From assembly GCA_951406725.2 (NCBI GenBank), contig OX597819.1, positions 113,956,001 through 114,020,000 of the forward strand: a DNA stretch of 64,000 bases, read 5' to 3'. Source of the DNA: Octopus vulgaris. Taxonomy: Eukaryota. A model generated the notes under the pieces. It saw only the letters and a list, made by a program, of their open reading frames with translations. It did no database searches and was not told where the DNA came from. Made by a program: the position numbers and the translations under genes. Each line of letters opens with the position of its first letter. Positions within the stretch are counted from its first letter, which is position 1. Shown here piece after piece: positions 50,293-64,000 of the stretch.

Positions 50293-52265
50293 ATTATCAC
50301 TCTCTTTAGTTTTGAACCACAAGCCCAATTAGCTCTCTGCAGGAGCTAGCTTAAAAGTTCACACAGTGCGGCTTTTAAGCTAATTAATAAATATAAAAGG
50401 TTATGAAAATAAATGAGCAGAAGACTAAAATCATTACATTATGTAGTCACACCTCTCTCTGTTTCACTTCTACATTTGAAATTCCATCAAAGTCAAGTCT
50501 GTTGTACATTCTTCATTGGGAGCATTGTAGCAGTAGTAAAAAGGGGTTGATTCAATCAACAACTCCACTTCTCTTTTTGAACAAGCAGCCTTGAGTCCAA
50601 AGGAAACAATAAATTTAAAAGACAAACCTAAAGACCAATGACTCTAATAAAAATTAAACATCTGAAATTAGTTCAAGGATCCAGTGCCATGTAGAAAGTA
50701 TCTGTACCAGTGCCACATAAAAAGCACCCAAGCACACTTTGTAAAGTGGGCAGCCAGCCATAGAAACTGAGCAAAATGAGAATGGAACTTGGTCCAGCTC
50801 TGATCAAATTGTCCAACCCATGCCAGTATGGGAAACGGATAGTAAATGATGAAGAAAATGGTGATGATGATGATACAGACGGCAAGTAAGAACAAAATTC
50901 CAGAAACCAATCTATTGAGTCATCTTTGGATAAAGGTTAAGAATAGTAAAGATTCTTAGAAGAGATGATTACAAGAGAGTAAGAAAGAGAGATAAAAGAA
51001 TAATGAAAAAGAATATTTTAAAAAATATACACAAATGAAAAAATATTTAATAATATTAATATTCAACTACCGAAATAAGATTGAGTAATAATGCTATAGC
51101 TTATTCATTAAGTCAGTTGAGGAAGAGAAATTTCAATCTATGGAATACTGTAGATTAAATGGGAGAGGAAAGACCTTTTTTTTTCCTTTTTTTCCCCCAG
51201 AAAGCAGTTGGTAAGCTTTGCCACTGACTAGGCAGAATTCTGATTTAATTCAACAAGTAGTGTTTTATAGACAACGAATGTCTCACAATGCAAAATATTG
51301 ATCTGATTTGAGAAGAGGGAGAAACATGAGATTTAATTATTGGTGATACTTGGAGACATTGTCATCAGTAGAGCATGTATAGTTGGTTGCATAGAGGGAG
51401 AAAAACAGGAAAGAGCCTAGAAGTGGGAGGAAAGGAGCAAAGAAGAAGGTAGTAAGAGTGAGTATACTGATGTGAAAGTGACATCAGTTGGGTGAATGAG
51501 TTAGTAAAACAGGAGAGGAAAGAAATGATATATAAATATATAAGTAAAATGATCAAAGAAAATGTGTGCATGTGTAAGAGCAGGGGAGAGAGATGCAGGA
51601 GCAGGCTTAGTAAAAATGGATGGAAGAAAGAAAAAAAGGATTAAAGTTGAATAAGGAGTTAAAGAAAGATGGGAAATAAGGAATGAGAAAAAAGAGGGGT
51701 AAATTAGAAGAACAGAAGAAAAATAATGAAAAGGAAATTAAGTTAGTAAAATATGTGAATGAAAAAGAATTATCATCATGAGAAAAATAGAATGTTAGAA
51801 AAACAGATGAATGAAGGAATAAATGAATGAATGAGAGATACTCAAGTGGACAAGTAAAATAGTCAGTTAATGGAAATGTAAAAAAAAAATTTTTTTTTTA
51901 ATAGAAAGAATAAGAGAAAGCAAGAATACAAGAGAGAGAGAGGAGGGGGGAGAACAAGTGAAAAATAGAAAGACTGAAACATGAAGTGAGCAAAGCCTGA
52001 AGAGCAGCAGATTGAAAAACAAATAACAGGAAAAATCCCCAACAGGGAAAGAAAGAGAAAAAGAAGTGCAAAGATATTGAGAGAGGAAAGTAGGAGGGTT
52101 AATGAATTAGCAAATTAATCCAGTTAACAGTTTCGATGGCTTGTTTGAATGAATTTCTTTTCTTTTTTTTTTTTTCTGATTAATTCAGAAAATAAGCATA
52201 AACAAGAGGAAGAATAAAGATTGAATTTCACCTGCCTGTTGTATAATGAAAAACTAGACACATAT

Positions 52266-52790
52266 ATCATCATCATCATCATCGTTTAACGTCCGTTCTC
52301 CATGCTAGCATGGGTTGGACGGTTCGACCGGGGATCTGGGAAGCCAGAAGGCTGCACCAGACTCCAGTCTTATCTGGCAATGTTTCTACAGCTGGATGCC
52401 CTTCCTAACGCCAACCACTCCGTGAGTGTAGTGGGTGCTTTTTACGTGCCACCTGCACAGGTGCCAGGCGAGGCTGGCAACAGTCACAGTCGGATTGGCG
52501 TATTTTACGTGCCACCGGCACAGAGGCCAGTCGAGGCGGCGCTGGCATCGGCCACGAGTCGGATAGTGCTTTTTACGTACCACCAGACCAGGGATCCTGG
52601 CTGGTTCAATTCGATTTCGATTTTGCTTGCCCCAACATGTCTTCGCAAGCAAAGGAGGTTGGCATGGGTGCCTGTCGTTGGATGAGGTTCTATATTGACT
52701 TCGCTTGCCTCAACAGGTCTTTGTGTCCAAGGGAGGAAAGGCATGCATAAGTGGGCTGGGCTCACTTGACCTGCCTGGTCTTCTCACGGT
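52266..52790 (-). mobile_element. RTE 3' end (family B) reaching the last ORF codons
   Basis: (CAT)n, tail, tandem units and a UTR related to 29540-29690, ending at REKTRQVK*. Confidence 0.82.
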
Positions 52791-53661
52791 ACTTGGAAGC
52801 TGAAAACCTCACAAATTGTTACCCCAGGATTCTTGTTTCTGATCATCAGACAAGTGATCTACAGAACAAGGGAATCCAGTAGATAATAGAAATGCAAGAA
52901 ATACTGGAATTTCCTAAGTTCTAATTAGGTGTAGTGGGGTACAACTGATTTTATTCAGTAAGTTAAAAGCAATTTCTATTTGATAAAACAGTGGAGAGTA
53001 AAGATCAGAAAAGAGTTGAGGAATAAAATACACATATAGAAAAAAAAAGTAAATAAATTATAATAAAAGGGTGCAGGCATGGCTGTGTGGTCAAGAAGAC
53101 TGATTTCCAACCACATGGTTCTGGGTTGTCTCACTGCTTGGTGCCATGCACAAATGCCTTCTATTATAGCTTCAGGTTGTCCCAAATCCTTGCAAGTGGA
53201 TTTGTTGGACAGAAACTGGAAGAAGTCTGTCATATATCTATGTCTGTATGTGTGTAGGGGATGGGGTGTCAACCTGCCTTCAGATTTTGTAATAGTTGCT
53301 AATTGAGTGCCACTATTACAAAAGTGGTATCCAGTTTTAATTCTCCATGAAAATTTATTGAGTTATGGAGAAATATCAACCTACATGAAAATAGGTGAAA
53401 GGCACATGGCCAGAGAAAATCTACCTCAACAAACTGTAAAACCCAAGTGAGCATGGAAAAGTGGACATTAAAACAATAGGATGTTGATAATGTAGAAACT
53501 GCATGTTTCTAGATAATTATTAAAAATGTTGTCAACGGTTGTAAACAAAATATGCCTGTAAAGCTTGCCACAGGGCTTGTAATGAGCTAAAAGAAGAGTG
53601 TAGTGTGCGAGAGAGAGAGAGAGAGGGTATGCATGAATGAATATATATATATATGCATGAA

Positions 53662-53701
<40 letters not shown>

Positions 53702-53803
53702 CACATACTTACTTGGAAATGGATGCTTAGCATTCAATCAAATAATAATATAAATTTTAAATACACACACACATATATATATATATACATACATACATAC
53801 ATA

Positions 53804-54655
53804 CTAGCTGACATACCCAGTAATTCCCGGGAAAGTGCGGCTTATCCCTTCGTTCCATTCTCATAATTGTTTCACTTATCCAACAACAATAATACAAAGT
53901 ACGTAACCCTTAAAACAATTTTTGTGCATTTACAGAGAATACCAAACTGTCTTACACAGGATTTTGTTTTTAGGAATTTCCAATAAGTTATGAATAGCCA
54001 AATTGTGAAGTCAGTTATGTAATAACATGAAATTAGTTACCCAATAGTAAGAATTCAAATAAAGTAGCCCTGAAAAGGGCTTTAATGCATTCCCAGAGTA
54101 TATAGAACTTAGGAGGAAATACTAATAAGGTATGTATACTAAAATCGTGAAGCATGTTACGTAATAACAAGCTAATCAGATATGAGATAATAACAATTCA
54201 AAGAAAATAACTCTGAAAAGGGCTTTTGTGTGTTCCCAGAGAATATTACCCTCAGGGGCGCTAGTGTTGGTATATTCGTGAATAAGTCACTAACCGAAAT
54301 AAGTGGATCTATTCTTTAGGAAAATACTATTTACTTCTTTAAGGGTTGTACAGGATAAATTGTGAAAATAACTCTAACAGTTCAAATACTAAGAAATAAG
54401 CATACTCAATTTGATTTACACCAAATGATTTAGGAAAATGAATGGGTTATTTCCCTTGGCTATATTAGATATATATAAGGATCCCTTCCAAGGGCTCTAT
54501 TATCGATTTTTTTCAACAATCTGAGTATGCCATGAGGTTTCCACACAAGTTCTACTCACATGTCAAGTTTCATTAAAATCAATAAAACAATGTAGGAGTT
54601 AGCTAACAACTTCACAAACACACCTATAGACAGAATTTCCCACGTATGTAATAGA
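53804..54655 (-). mobile_element. Non-autonomous Helitron, about 850 bp, with internal repeats of about 150 bp
   Basis: On the minus strand: A|TCTATTACATACGTGGG 5' end, cccgggaattactggg hairpin, CTAG|T 3' end. Inserted in an AT/ACAT microsatellite. Confidence 0.8.
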
Positions 54656-55613
54656 TATATATATATATATGCCTATATGGGTACAGGATCCCACCAACTG
54701 TGTAAACAACATGAAACACGAAAACAAATGGGTTAAATACGCAAACGAGAGAAACAAATGAAAAACAGGACAACACACACACACATATATATATACATAT
54801 ATATAAGCACATGACTTATTGGCTAGGGTGTGAGTTTGATCCCCACAGTGTGTTGTATCCTTGAGCAAGACACTTTATTGTATGTAACTCCAGTCTACTC
54901 AGATGAAAATGAGTACCAGTAGCAGCAGCTCAGGGTTAATCTCACAACAGACTAGTGTCCTGTTCAGAGACATTCTCCCTTTCACTTAAACATCTCAGAA
55001 ACTGAGATGAGCCTATTGGCTCCAGACAGATTTTACAGAATACAAAGCATATTTTAGATATTCAATGTAATTGAGTAAAAGTTGTAAATAAGTATGACAA
55101 TTTCATGTTAATGTTTTCAAGCATTAATCACAATGAGCCATCATGATTTTATAATATCATTATCATACAGTACACAAAATATAATTAGATAAAAAAATTT
55201 TAGATGACAGCATTACAATTTGATGCAGAATGATGGTGATAATGTAGAATTTACATGTTTATGGATAATTATTAAAAATGTCGCCAAAGATTGTAAACAA
55301 AATATCTGTAAAGCATGCAGTGGGATTGTAATGAGAGAACAGAAGTGAGTGCATGTGTGTGTATGAGACAGAGTATATGCATGTATCCACAAAAAAAGAA
55401 AAGCTGGATAACTATACAAGCTTTACTACAAACAAAATACAAATAAAAGAAAATCAACACACAAATACAACAGATGTAAGATAAATCAAATCTACCAGGA
55501 TTTAACCACTGCGTAATTTTTTAATCTGGCATTGAAGGTTTTCTCAATCACAAGCAGAGAGATACCAAGCACTGCCTGGCTATTGTATCAAAGTAACATC
55601 ATGCAGCAATGTA

Positions 55614-56179
55614 TTGGGTTGTCCGGAAAGTTCGTGACGATTTTTAAAGGAAAGAAAAAGGTCAATAAATACTTGTCATTACATTTTTAATCAACCAAAT
55701 ATGAACCATTTTGTTGCACAATGCATCTCCATCTTTCCTTTAACTTGAAAATACCCTCTTCCCAGAATTGAGGTGGTTTCATGGCAAAGAATTCAACAAG
55801 GTATTTTTTTACATCATCCAAGGAATTGAAATTTTTACCATTAAGACTATTCTGCAGAGACCTGAATAAGTGGAAATCCAAAGGAGCAATATCTGGTGAA
55901 TATAGAGAGTGGGGTAACACATCCCAGCCGAGCTGCAGCAATTTTTGTCTGGTTCCCAAAGCATCAAATGCCGAAAATGAACTTTCTTATCTTCCATTTT
56001 AAAGGGTTACAGAATTAACACAGGTTATAGGAACATAAACCTTCTTCCATGAAAAGATAGCTTAAATTGTGCTCTAAATGGAGATGTAGTCAAATCCTAT
56101 TTTATGGACTCAACCATGTTCTAAAATAAGTCGAAAGGTAAGCTACTATAAATCGGCACGAACTTTCCGGACAACCCAA
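55614..56179 (-). mobile_element. Internally deleted mariner, 566 bp
   Basis: TA-flanked TIRs of about 30 bp (TTGGGTTGTCCGGAAAGTTCGTG). N-terminal MEDKKVHFRHLMLWE is joined directly to C-terminal WDVLPHSLYSPDIAPLDFHLFRSL. Confidence 0.93.
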
Positions 56180-56629
56180 TACTAATTTTGACACACTTTA
56201 CAAACTGATTAACTAATAAAATAAATTTCTGCTTCTTTTCACAGAATAGGTTTTTGCCCTATCAGGGTTTTAGATTCTTGGATTACCAAAATGAAGCTGA
56301 TCATAATTTTTGCATGACAGTTTATCCATGGGTTTCAGTTCAACAACTTTTAACAATTATCTTTGAGATATCTTGGTGGTCATGATGAAGCCGAGGCTGA
56401 CAGGAAATGGAAATTTTAAACTGAAGTAGTATAGCAGTTGGTTTCGGGGGAATTCTGGGAAGGAAACATATCCAGCAAATTTTCCTAACAAGACACCCAG
56501 GACATGTGATATCTATTTGATGGTGACTCTCATACCATCCCAAACTCTTGGAGGATCTAGTTTATTGTTTGATGGAGATTTGGCCGTTTTTTTTTTTTTT
56601 TCTGGTGACCTCCCCCATTAGGTCATATA

Positions 56630-57430
56630 TAGGGTGTTCAAGCCAAATTTGACAAATTTGATGTCTTCTTTTTTCTAGGAAAAGTTTGATGTATTGGTGA
56701 ACAGTCAATGGCATTGGAAAGCATAAAGATTAAGTTGTAGTTTAGAAAAAGTTAGCTGACACAAAGGACTGGGAGCCATCTGAATATTGGGAAAAGATGT
56801 GTCATGATGATTTTGGCTGCTCAATGTTCTGTGAAAACTGTAAAGGCTGTAAGGTATGAGATGAACAGCTGCGATGGAGGCTACAAAGACATGACCAGCA
56901 GGAAGGGACACAGCAGAGCGTGTCTCCAGTGAGGATGACGTCATCTCACCCCACATCTTTGAACAGGTCTTTAGGCTCAATTCAGATGGCTATGTGAAGC
57001 TGTTGGAGACTGTGGTCAAATCCTGGTGGTGAGGGTTGCTGCTGGAAGGCCATATGTGTGACAGCAGCATTCAGCTCCTGGCCATATTTCCAGAAAAAGT
57101 CAGAAGTGGTTTGTCAGAGAATTCCTATGACTTCACCAGTTGCGATTTTTGGCCTCTAATTCCCCTGATTATTATCTCATGGATTACTATGTGTGGGGCA
57201 CAGCTGAGAGAGGCACCAACTGCTCTACCTGCAACACCAAGGCCAAGATGGTAGCTAAGATCAAGGTGTTCGAAGATCTCCCCAAGAACACAGTGAGGAA
57301 CGCATGCATCAGGTTCCAGATCCAACTTGAGGTCATGGTCAAAGGTGAGGGTGGCTACTTTGAGTAAACTGTTATCTCCCAGCCATAATATAGTTGATAT
57401 CTTTTTGATTTTTTAAAAATACTTTTATTT
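56630..57430 (+). mobile_element. Degenerate Tc1/mariner-superfamily element, maT (DD37D)-like
   Basis: GRPYV*QQHSAPGHISRKSQKW and NSPDYYLMDYYVWG...NACIRF...GGYFE; left end TA|TAGGGTGTT. Confidence 0.78.
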
Positions 57431-59130
57431 TTGAATGAGCAGAAGATGCTGGGTTTATGTTCCACATAAATAGATTGGCAGTTTATAGATCAACATTGCT
57501 TGAAAATAAGTGTGGGCATCAGGAGAGCATGCAGCCATAGAATATTGCCACAATAAGTCTTATCCAATTCATACCAGCATGAAAAAGCAGACATAAAAAT
57601 GAATATACTTAGTGTGTGAGAGGGAGGATACATTTTTACTCTTTCCACTGCTCATTTCTATAACTAAACACGACATGCTCCTACTACCACTAACTTCTAC
57701 AATTGCCATTTTTCTCATTACATTCTGCTATTACTACCCCTCTTTATCACTTTTCCTCTTTCCACACTGTCTTTCACACACTCTTTTTCTCCCCTCTCAT
57801 CCCTAGTTCTTTTTCTGCAGTTACCTTCTGCCACACCCACTCTGTCATACCTGTAATCCCATATGGACACAACACACAGCGATGAGGATCACCTTTTGTA
57901 GAGGACAAAGCAAGCACACTAATATTGGTGCCATAATAAAATACACCCAATATATACTCACTGACTGAAGACAACACAGGATGGAGAAAACCTTTTAGTC
58001 CAGCCAAGGACATAACAATCTCATTAGTGTCCGTACACCGATAAAATGCACCCAATGCACTCTGATTGTAATGAACCATCCTACACATGTCAGTAGAGAA
58101 AGCGAGGTATAAAAAAAAAAAAATCTATGATGGTGGGTATTATGTTAACTGGTATTTGAATTCGAGGTTATTATGACTTTGTAATTTAGCAGTCCCAATA
58201 TGCACATATAAATATTGTCAACCTCAAACAATCTTCAAAACTAGAACAAAACTAAGTACTGAAATGCATGTAGTCTGGTGCTCTACTTTTCTACACATTC
58301 ACCATATGCTAGATAACAATCTAGCCTCAACATCCTGCTAAAAAAAACAACCAAATCTTCCTTATATGGAAAGGACATATGGAATAATGAAGTTGCAAAA
58401 GAGAGAAATTGAATGGTCATGATTTGAATACCTTTGAGTATAGGTTTGTTCAATTACAGCTGACTTGGTGTTAAAACAGCTTTCCACTGAAATTAATGTA
58501 TGTAATTTATATGCTCAAACACAACACACATTTTTTAATGTCCAAGAAGCCTCTGTGTCACACTTTGTGAGTTTATCATGCAAACAGCTGACAATGTTTT
58601 CAAGTAAAGCAAAAGGAAATTCCTAAAGTTGATAACAATGCCTATGTCTAATCATCATTACTTGAATATCTTCATGCACACACACACACAGACACAGATG
58701 CATATGTACAGGCAGGCAATTGATTTACTAAGAACAATTTACCACCACCATCCACCACAAAAATACTACTAATACTACACTACTAAATGTTAAGTAACAA
58801 AGAGTGGAACGTTTCATAGATGTAGGAGTTTAAAAGAAGAAAAAAATTCAAGAAAGCAAGAAAACTATAAACTGATTCTTATGCACATTAATGTATGCAT
58901 GTGCATTTCAAATTGAAGAATATTTGTTTGAAGCAAATCAATAGAGATTTTTTGCTCAGCTGCTCTTGATGCTAACAAAGCTTCTTGGTGGTACCAGTCA
59001 TGATGATGGTAATATCAGAATAAATAAATAAACCTTTAAATAAGGAACATAAAGATTTTTTTTTTTCTAATTTTCCACAATAAAGCAAACTGAAAGATTT
59101 TTTTCTGTTTTCTCTAGTAATAGTACATAT

Positions 59131-59370
59131 TGTGGAGGAGCATGGCTCAGAGGTTTAGGTGTTGGACTCATGATCATGAGATTGAGGTTTCGATTCCTGG
59201 ACAAGGTGATGTGTTGTATTCTTGAGCAAAACACTTTGTTTCATGTTGTTTCAGTCCACTTAGCTGACAAAAATGAGTAATTCCTGCAATGGACTGGCAT
59301 CCCATCGAGGGCAGAAACATTTATTCCATGATGGAAGCCATCCCTATGAGTCTATATGATCCGGGAAGGA
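59131..59370 (+). mobile_element. Old tRNA-derived SINE with a cttgagcaa/gtccactcagctg-type core; relative at about 54805-55020
   Basis: A box-like TGGCTCAGAGG, B box-like GTTTCGATTCC and a conserved central block. Confidence 0.6.
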
Positions 59371-60728
59371 TCTTTATCTTCTTTTTTTAATAATACATAC
59401 TAAGAGATGTATGCTGTATGATCAGTAGTCTGTGTGATGTTAATGCACTGAAATATGGGTCATGACTGAACTAACAATGTGAGATAGATAGTATGGCCCC
59501 AAAGTTTGGACAACATTAACTTACAGAAAATGCTGAATATGAGCTAAGTAACTGGTTACCAAGCGGTATTCTTTTATTTCAGTCTTTTGGACGGTAACTA
59601 TGCTGGGCAATGCCTTGAAGACTTTAGTTTATCAAACTGCACCCTAGGACTTATTTTATGTCTGGTATTTATTTTATCAGTTTCTATTTTACTGGACTGT
59701 TAAGGGAACATACAACATGCACTTTCACAGACTGAGCATGATGACAGGTGCATCACATATCTCATTCCATTATCAATGGCCAAAGTGCCAGCAGCTGTTA
59801 AGCAGGAGACAATGACACAAGCATGGAGACAAACATATATGGACTGGTTCTGTTCAATCTCTCTACCAAAATTCACTCACAAAGGCATTTGTTGGCTCAG
59901 GACTATAAAAGGTACTTGCCCAAGGTGCCACACTATGAAACTGAACCCAAAACAATTGTGAAGCAAACTTCACCACCTAGGCATGCCTAGAGAGATTTGC
60001 TCTTCAGGACAATTCAACGTTAGCAAGTTTCTGATGTCAAGTATTGTGGAACATTCGGGGTAAATGCAGAAAGGGACACGGAGGTGCACAGAAAACTTTG
60101 CCTCGAAAGCATGCAATGATATGAAGAATATCTGGACATCTAACCTCTTCATTTAACTAAAGAGATTCTTTAGAACAACAACTGAAGCAATCACCTTCAA
60201 TGCATGAAATTAAACCTAGGGTTGCCTGTCATTCAAATCATCCAGGAACAGACACATGGGAGGATAAATTGTGTGTATCCTCCTAAAGTCGTAATCAAGA
60301 TTTTGATGGAGGCCTATGGTGACTGCTGATAAGCTTTAGCCACTCATAATGAAATCAGATATAAACTAGACATGTTATTGTGCTTGATGAAAAGGCAAGT
60401 TATAGTCATTTGATGTTGATGATGAACATAAATGCATGATGGTTGCAAAAGTGCTACTACTTTGTGGTAAAAAGCAGAGGTAAATCATCATCGGTTCTAG
60501 CATCTACTTTTCTATGGTTGCATGAGTCTGATGAAATTCAATGAAGCAGATTTTCCGTAGCCAACTCCCACCTGTTTCCAGGGAAGATAATATTTCCTCC
60601 GCACCTGATATGTTTTCAAGGAAGAGTGGAAACAAATGACACTGCCTGTATGACGGTGACACCCATTTACAACTGTCATACAACATGCAATGTCAAGGCA
60701 AGGAGACAAACACACACACACACATATT

Positions 60729-60947
60729 CAGTAATCCCTCGCCATATGGCCACTCACCTATTGTGGTTTATTATTTAAGCTTACATTAATTCCTCTGTGG
60801 TATTGTTTTGCATTGATAAAATAAATATATACAAATTATAAAAATAATAGAAAAAATATAAAGTACAGTACTGTTTCTACTTTGTGAATTTTCACCTATC
60901 ACGGGGGGTTTGGGAATGTAACACCCGTGATAGTCGAAGGATTACTG
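60729..60947. mobile_element. Tigger-like MITE
   Basis: TIRs CAGTAATCCCTCG/CGAAGGATTACTG followed by TA. Confidence 0.82.
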
Positions 60948-61879
60948 TATATATCTATATGATGGGGATTCTTTCAGTTTCTGACCAACTTCACTCACAA
61001 AGATTTAGTCAGCCTGGGGATTTTCTCAAGGTGCTATACTGTGGCACCTTGAGCAAAAGTCTTCTACTATAACTTCAAAATTATGTGGTTGAGAAGCGTA
61101 TTTCTTAACCACACAGCTATGCTTCCATTCAAAGTGACAAAGATGAATTTCTGGGTGGACTTCAATCACCAACTTTTCAGTTAACAGCTGAACACATGCA
61201 TTGTATCACTGCATCAAAAAAGCCACTTAGCTGATAGGCATTCCATCATTGACAGACATGGTCCAGCTTCTGGCCCACAGGCATGCAGTCTCTCCTTTCC
61301 ATCTTTTCTATTGCTACTATAATGGGCTCCTCTTCTTGGAACACTCCAACCCACTCATCTCTTCACTTTTCATCACCCTTGCTCCACTCACCTCCCCATT
61401 CCACTGCACTAACCACTCTTTTACTTGTTTCAGTCATTTGTGTGATGTAACTCCACCTTTTTATCCTGGCCTCTTCAAACACTTTCACTCCACACATTTT
61501 TTTCACCATACAGCTCAAACCAAAGCAAGAGTTTCTATGACTTCTGAATCCATTCAAAGTGACTTACATACATATAAGAGGGATGACCATTAAGTGGACA
61601 TCCATTATGCTAGAAGTCGACCCCCTATGGTCTTACCACTAAGAAAGGAATGTTCTCAAGATATTAATCAAATTAACATTCAATTTTTCACCCTTATTTT
61701 AAATAGGAAGGGCATCCAGCTGTAGAAACACTGCCAGATCTGACTGGCCTGGTGCAGCCTTCGGGCTTCCCAGACCCCAGTTGAACCGTCCAACCCATGC
61801 TAGCATGGAAAGCAGACATTAAACGATGATGATGGTGATGATGCCCCACCCGTGCTGGCATGGAAGGAGACGTATAATG

Positions 61880-61910
<31 letters not shown>

Positions 61911-62447
61911 CCTCCCTCAGTGTTAATGGTCTTGTCTTGTGCCGGTGCCACATAAAAAGCACTTAGTACACTCTGTAAGGTGGTTAGCATTAGGGAGGGC
62001 ATCCACCCATAGAAACCATGTCAGACACTGGGGCTTTGCACAGTCCTATGGCCCACTGACTCCTGTTGAACCATCCAGTCTATGCCAGCAGGGAAAATGG
62101 ACGTTAAATGATGATGACAATTATCAAGAAGTATGCCAGCTTCATTTGCACCTTTGACACTTCACCTCAAAGCCATCATAAATACTAACCATTCATAAGG
62201 ATCTTGCTAGAAATAGTAACCAAGTCTATCTCAAATTACAGCCGACTTGGCTGGTTCACATAGGAGAGTGTATGAGTGATTGTGGTATGTTTCAAACTTT
62301 CCTGCCCTATCATACATGTGATTAGGATTCTATCTAGAATAATGTAGTCTTTGACACCACTTTTGACCATATGTTGAATCAGAGCTGGTTTGGGGTTAAA
62401 CAGTAGTAACACCATTCAAAATGTATAATTACAGACTGTATACTCAC

Positions 62448-62657
62448 CTCCCCGATACACACAGAGGTTATGAAATAAAATCATAAATTAAATGACAGGA
62501 GACATAAGGAGCAAATTTCAGGGTCACAATTTGATCCAGCTTTTAAGTAACCTAGCACCACTAATGATGAACTCAAGCAGTTGGAAACAGCAGCCAAATC
62601 TCCAGCTTACTCTATTTAAAACAAGGACACACTGTGATGTACCTAGGTATATTTCGC
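62448..62657 (-). other. Candidate non-coding (5' UTR) exon, possibly of LRR1
   Basis: Acceptor ccatcgtgttttcAG|G with a branch-like ctgtaac, consensus donor GAG|GTGAGTA, 210 nt of non-repetitive sequence with stops in all three frames. Confidence 0.35.
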
Positions 62658-63300
62658 CTGAAAACACGATGGATTGTTACAGATGGAGTTATTTTGAAAA
62701 TAGGTTTGCTCGATCAAGGTTTATTTGGGACAAACAACAACACACTTAACAACCTCTATTACATCCTCATATACTTACTGTTCATTACATGTTGGAGAAT
62801 CAACGCTGTTGTATTACAGCCAAAGTTCTAGTGTACTCACTACCAAACCCTTCAATCACATATGGACTGCTAGAAATAACAGTCGAATTTTCCTCAAATC
62901 ACATCCAGAAAGTTTTTTTTAAAAAGGAAAGAATGTGAAGGAATGTAATCCTAGATATGCAAAAAAGGAGAGATGGTCATTGCTGGAATGATTTTAATCA
63001 CAGGTCTATTCGATCAAGATTGATCTGGGCTGAAGAATAACAATTATATATAGAAGATGCATAAAAATCAACCACTGACTGGACTAGATTATAGCATACT
63101 CTTTACTCTTTTACTTGTTTCAGTCATTTAACTGCGGCCAAGCTGGAGCACCGCCTTTAGTCGCATGTATACTTTAATAATTTATCTTTCAAGTAGATGA
63201 CATTAAGTTATTTCCCTCAAGTTTTAAATTGTTTTGCTTCGCCAGTGTATGTATATTTTAGTATAGAAATAATTATTTCTCTATCTCCATTGATCTAGAG

Positions 63301-63785
63301 CAGGGGTCGACAAAGGGCGCCCGAAGGACCCCCTACGGGTCGGTGAGGAATTACAGGTGATCGATGATAGCCAAGTGGTCGAATGGGGGTCGGCGTGCGA
63401 AAGACCAACTCACCCAGATGAACTGCTTGAAATACTTAGCGCTATGTTACCCTTCACATTGATGTTGTCAATTTCAATAAAAGATATTCCAGCAATATAA
63501 TGTTTGTCACATTTTCTAACCGTGAAAACAACTCGTAAACAAAGTTTTAAATGTAAAAAGTGCCTCATCTTCAATAGAATTTACTTTGTCGTACATGTAT
63601 ATTTTAGCTAACATTTTAATTGCCAGCATCAGTACCCAGTACGCATTTAAGTTATGGTACGGTAGGGTATTAAAATATTTCAAATGAGGGTGGTCGATGC
63701 GGAAGGAGAAGTGACTAAAGGGGCTCGATGCGGAAGGTGAAGTGGCTAAAAGGGGTCGATGGTCGAAAAAGTTTGGCGACCCCTG
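63301..63785. mobile_element. hAT (Charlie-like) MITE, 485 bp
   Basis: TIRs CAGGGGTCGACAAA/TTTGGCGACCCCTG, TSD ATCTAGAG/ATCTAGAA matching the NTCTAGAN preference, CpG-rich tandem subterminal repeats. Confidence 0.88.
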
Positions 63786-64000
63786 ATCTAGAAACATGTG
63801 AATATCTATGCTTTCTTGAGGAAGTTTTCTAAGTCCAGTGTTGTTATTATGTCTGCTAAATATCACACTATCTTTCCACCCGCTACATTACCTATTTCCA
63901 ATATTAATTAATTGATACTTTGGCGAGTCAACCAATCTCAAACGTAATATTTTGTTATATTTTACTTTAAGGAATGTATGTTGTTACCTTCACTTTTATT

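Overview
AT-rich, repeat-dense eukaryotic DNA. The tRNA-derived SINEs, RTE LINE tails and abundant (TA)n/(CA)n/(ATC)n microsatellites look like a coleoid cephalopod, probably Octopus (inference). Two protein-coding genes lie tail-to-tail. On +, the last two coding exons of BIRC6/BRUCE (1003-1137, 2793-3029). On -, a complete four-coding-exon LRR1 (CRL2 substrate receptor; 30264-30082, 23996-23898, 12244-11520, 9391-9145; 1254 nt, 417 aa), whose ATG exon has a splice acceptor, so its promoter and 5' UTR exon(s) lie further right. The rest is intronic or intergenic and full of nested transposons: mariner, maT-like, Tigger, hAT and piggyBac MITEs, Helitrons, RTE/R4-like/CR1-like LINEs, three SINE families and a solo LTR. 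Almost all small ORFs in the track are repeat-derived noise. I found no convincing new multi-gene system. The most unusual signals are mechanistic: a SINE insertion that apparently made a near-perfect 79-nt fold-back hairpin from its own flank (33496-33574), several short locally templated duplications including pieces of LRR1 exons, an antisense SINE-in-SINE dsRNA structure, a tandem hairpin array in an RTE 3' UTR, and a dyad-symmetric NRF1/ETS-like module in a solo LTR. Family names and homologies are from recall, not database searches; coordinates of degenerate repeats are approximate.
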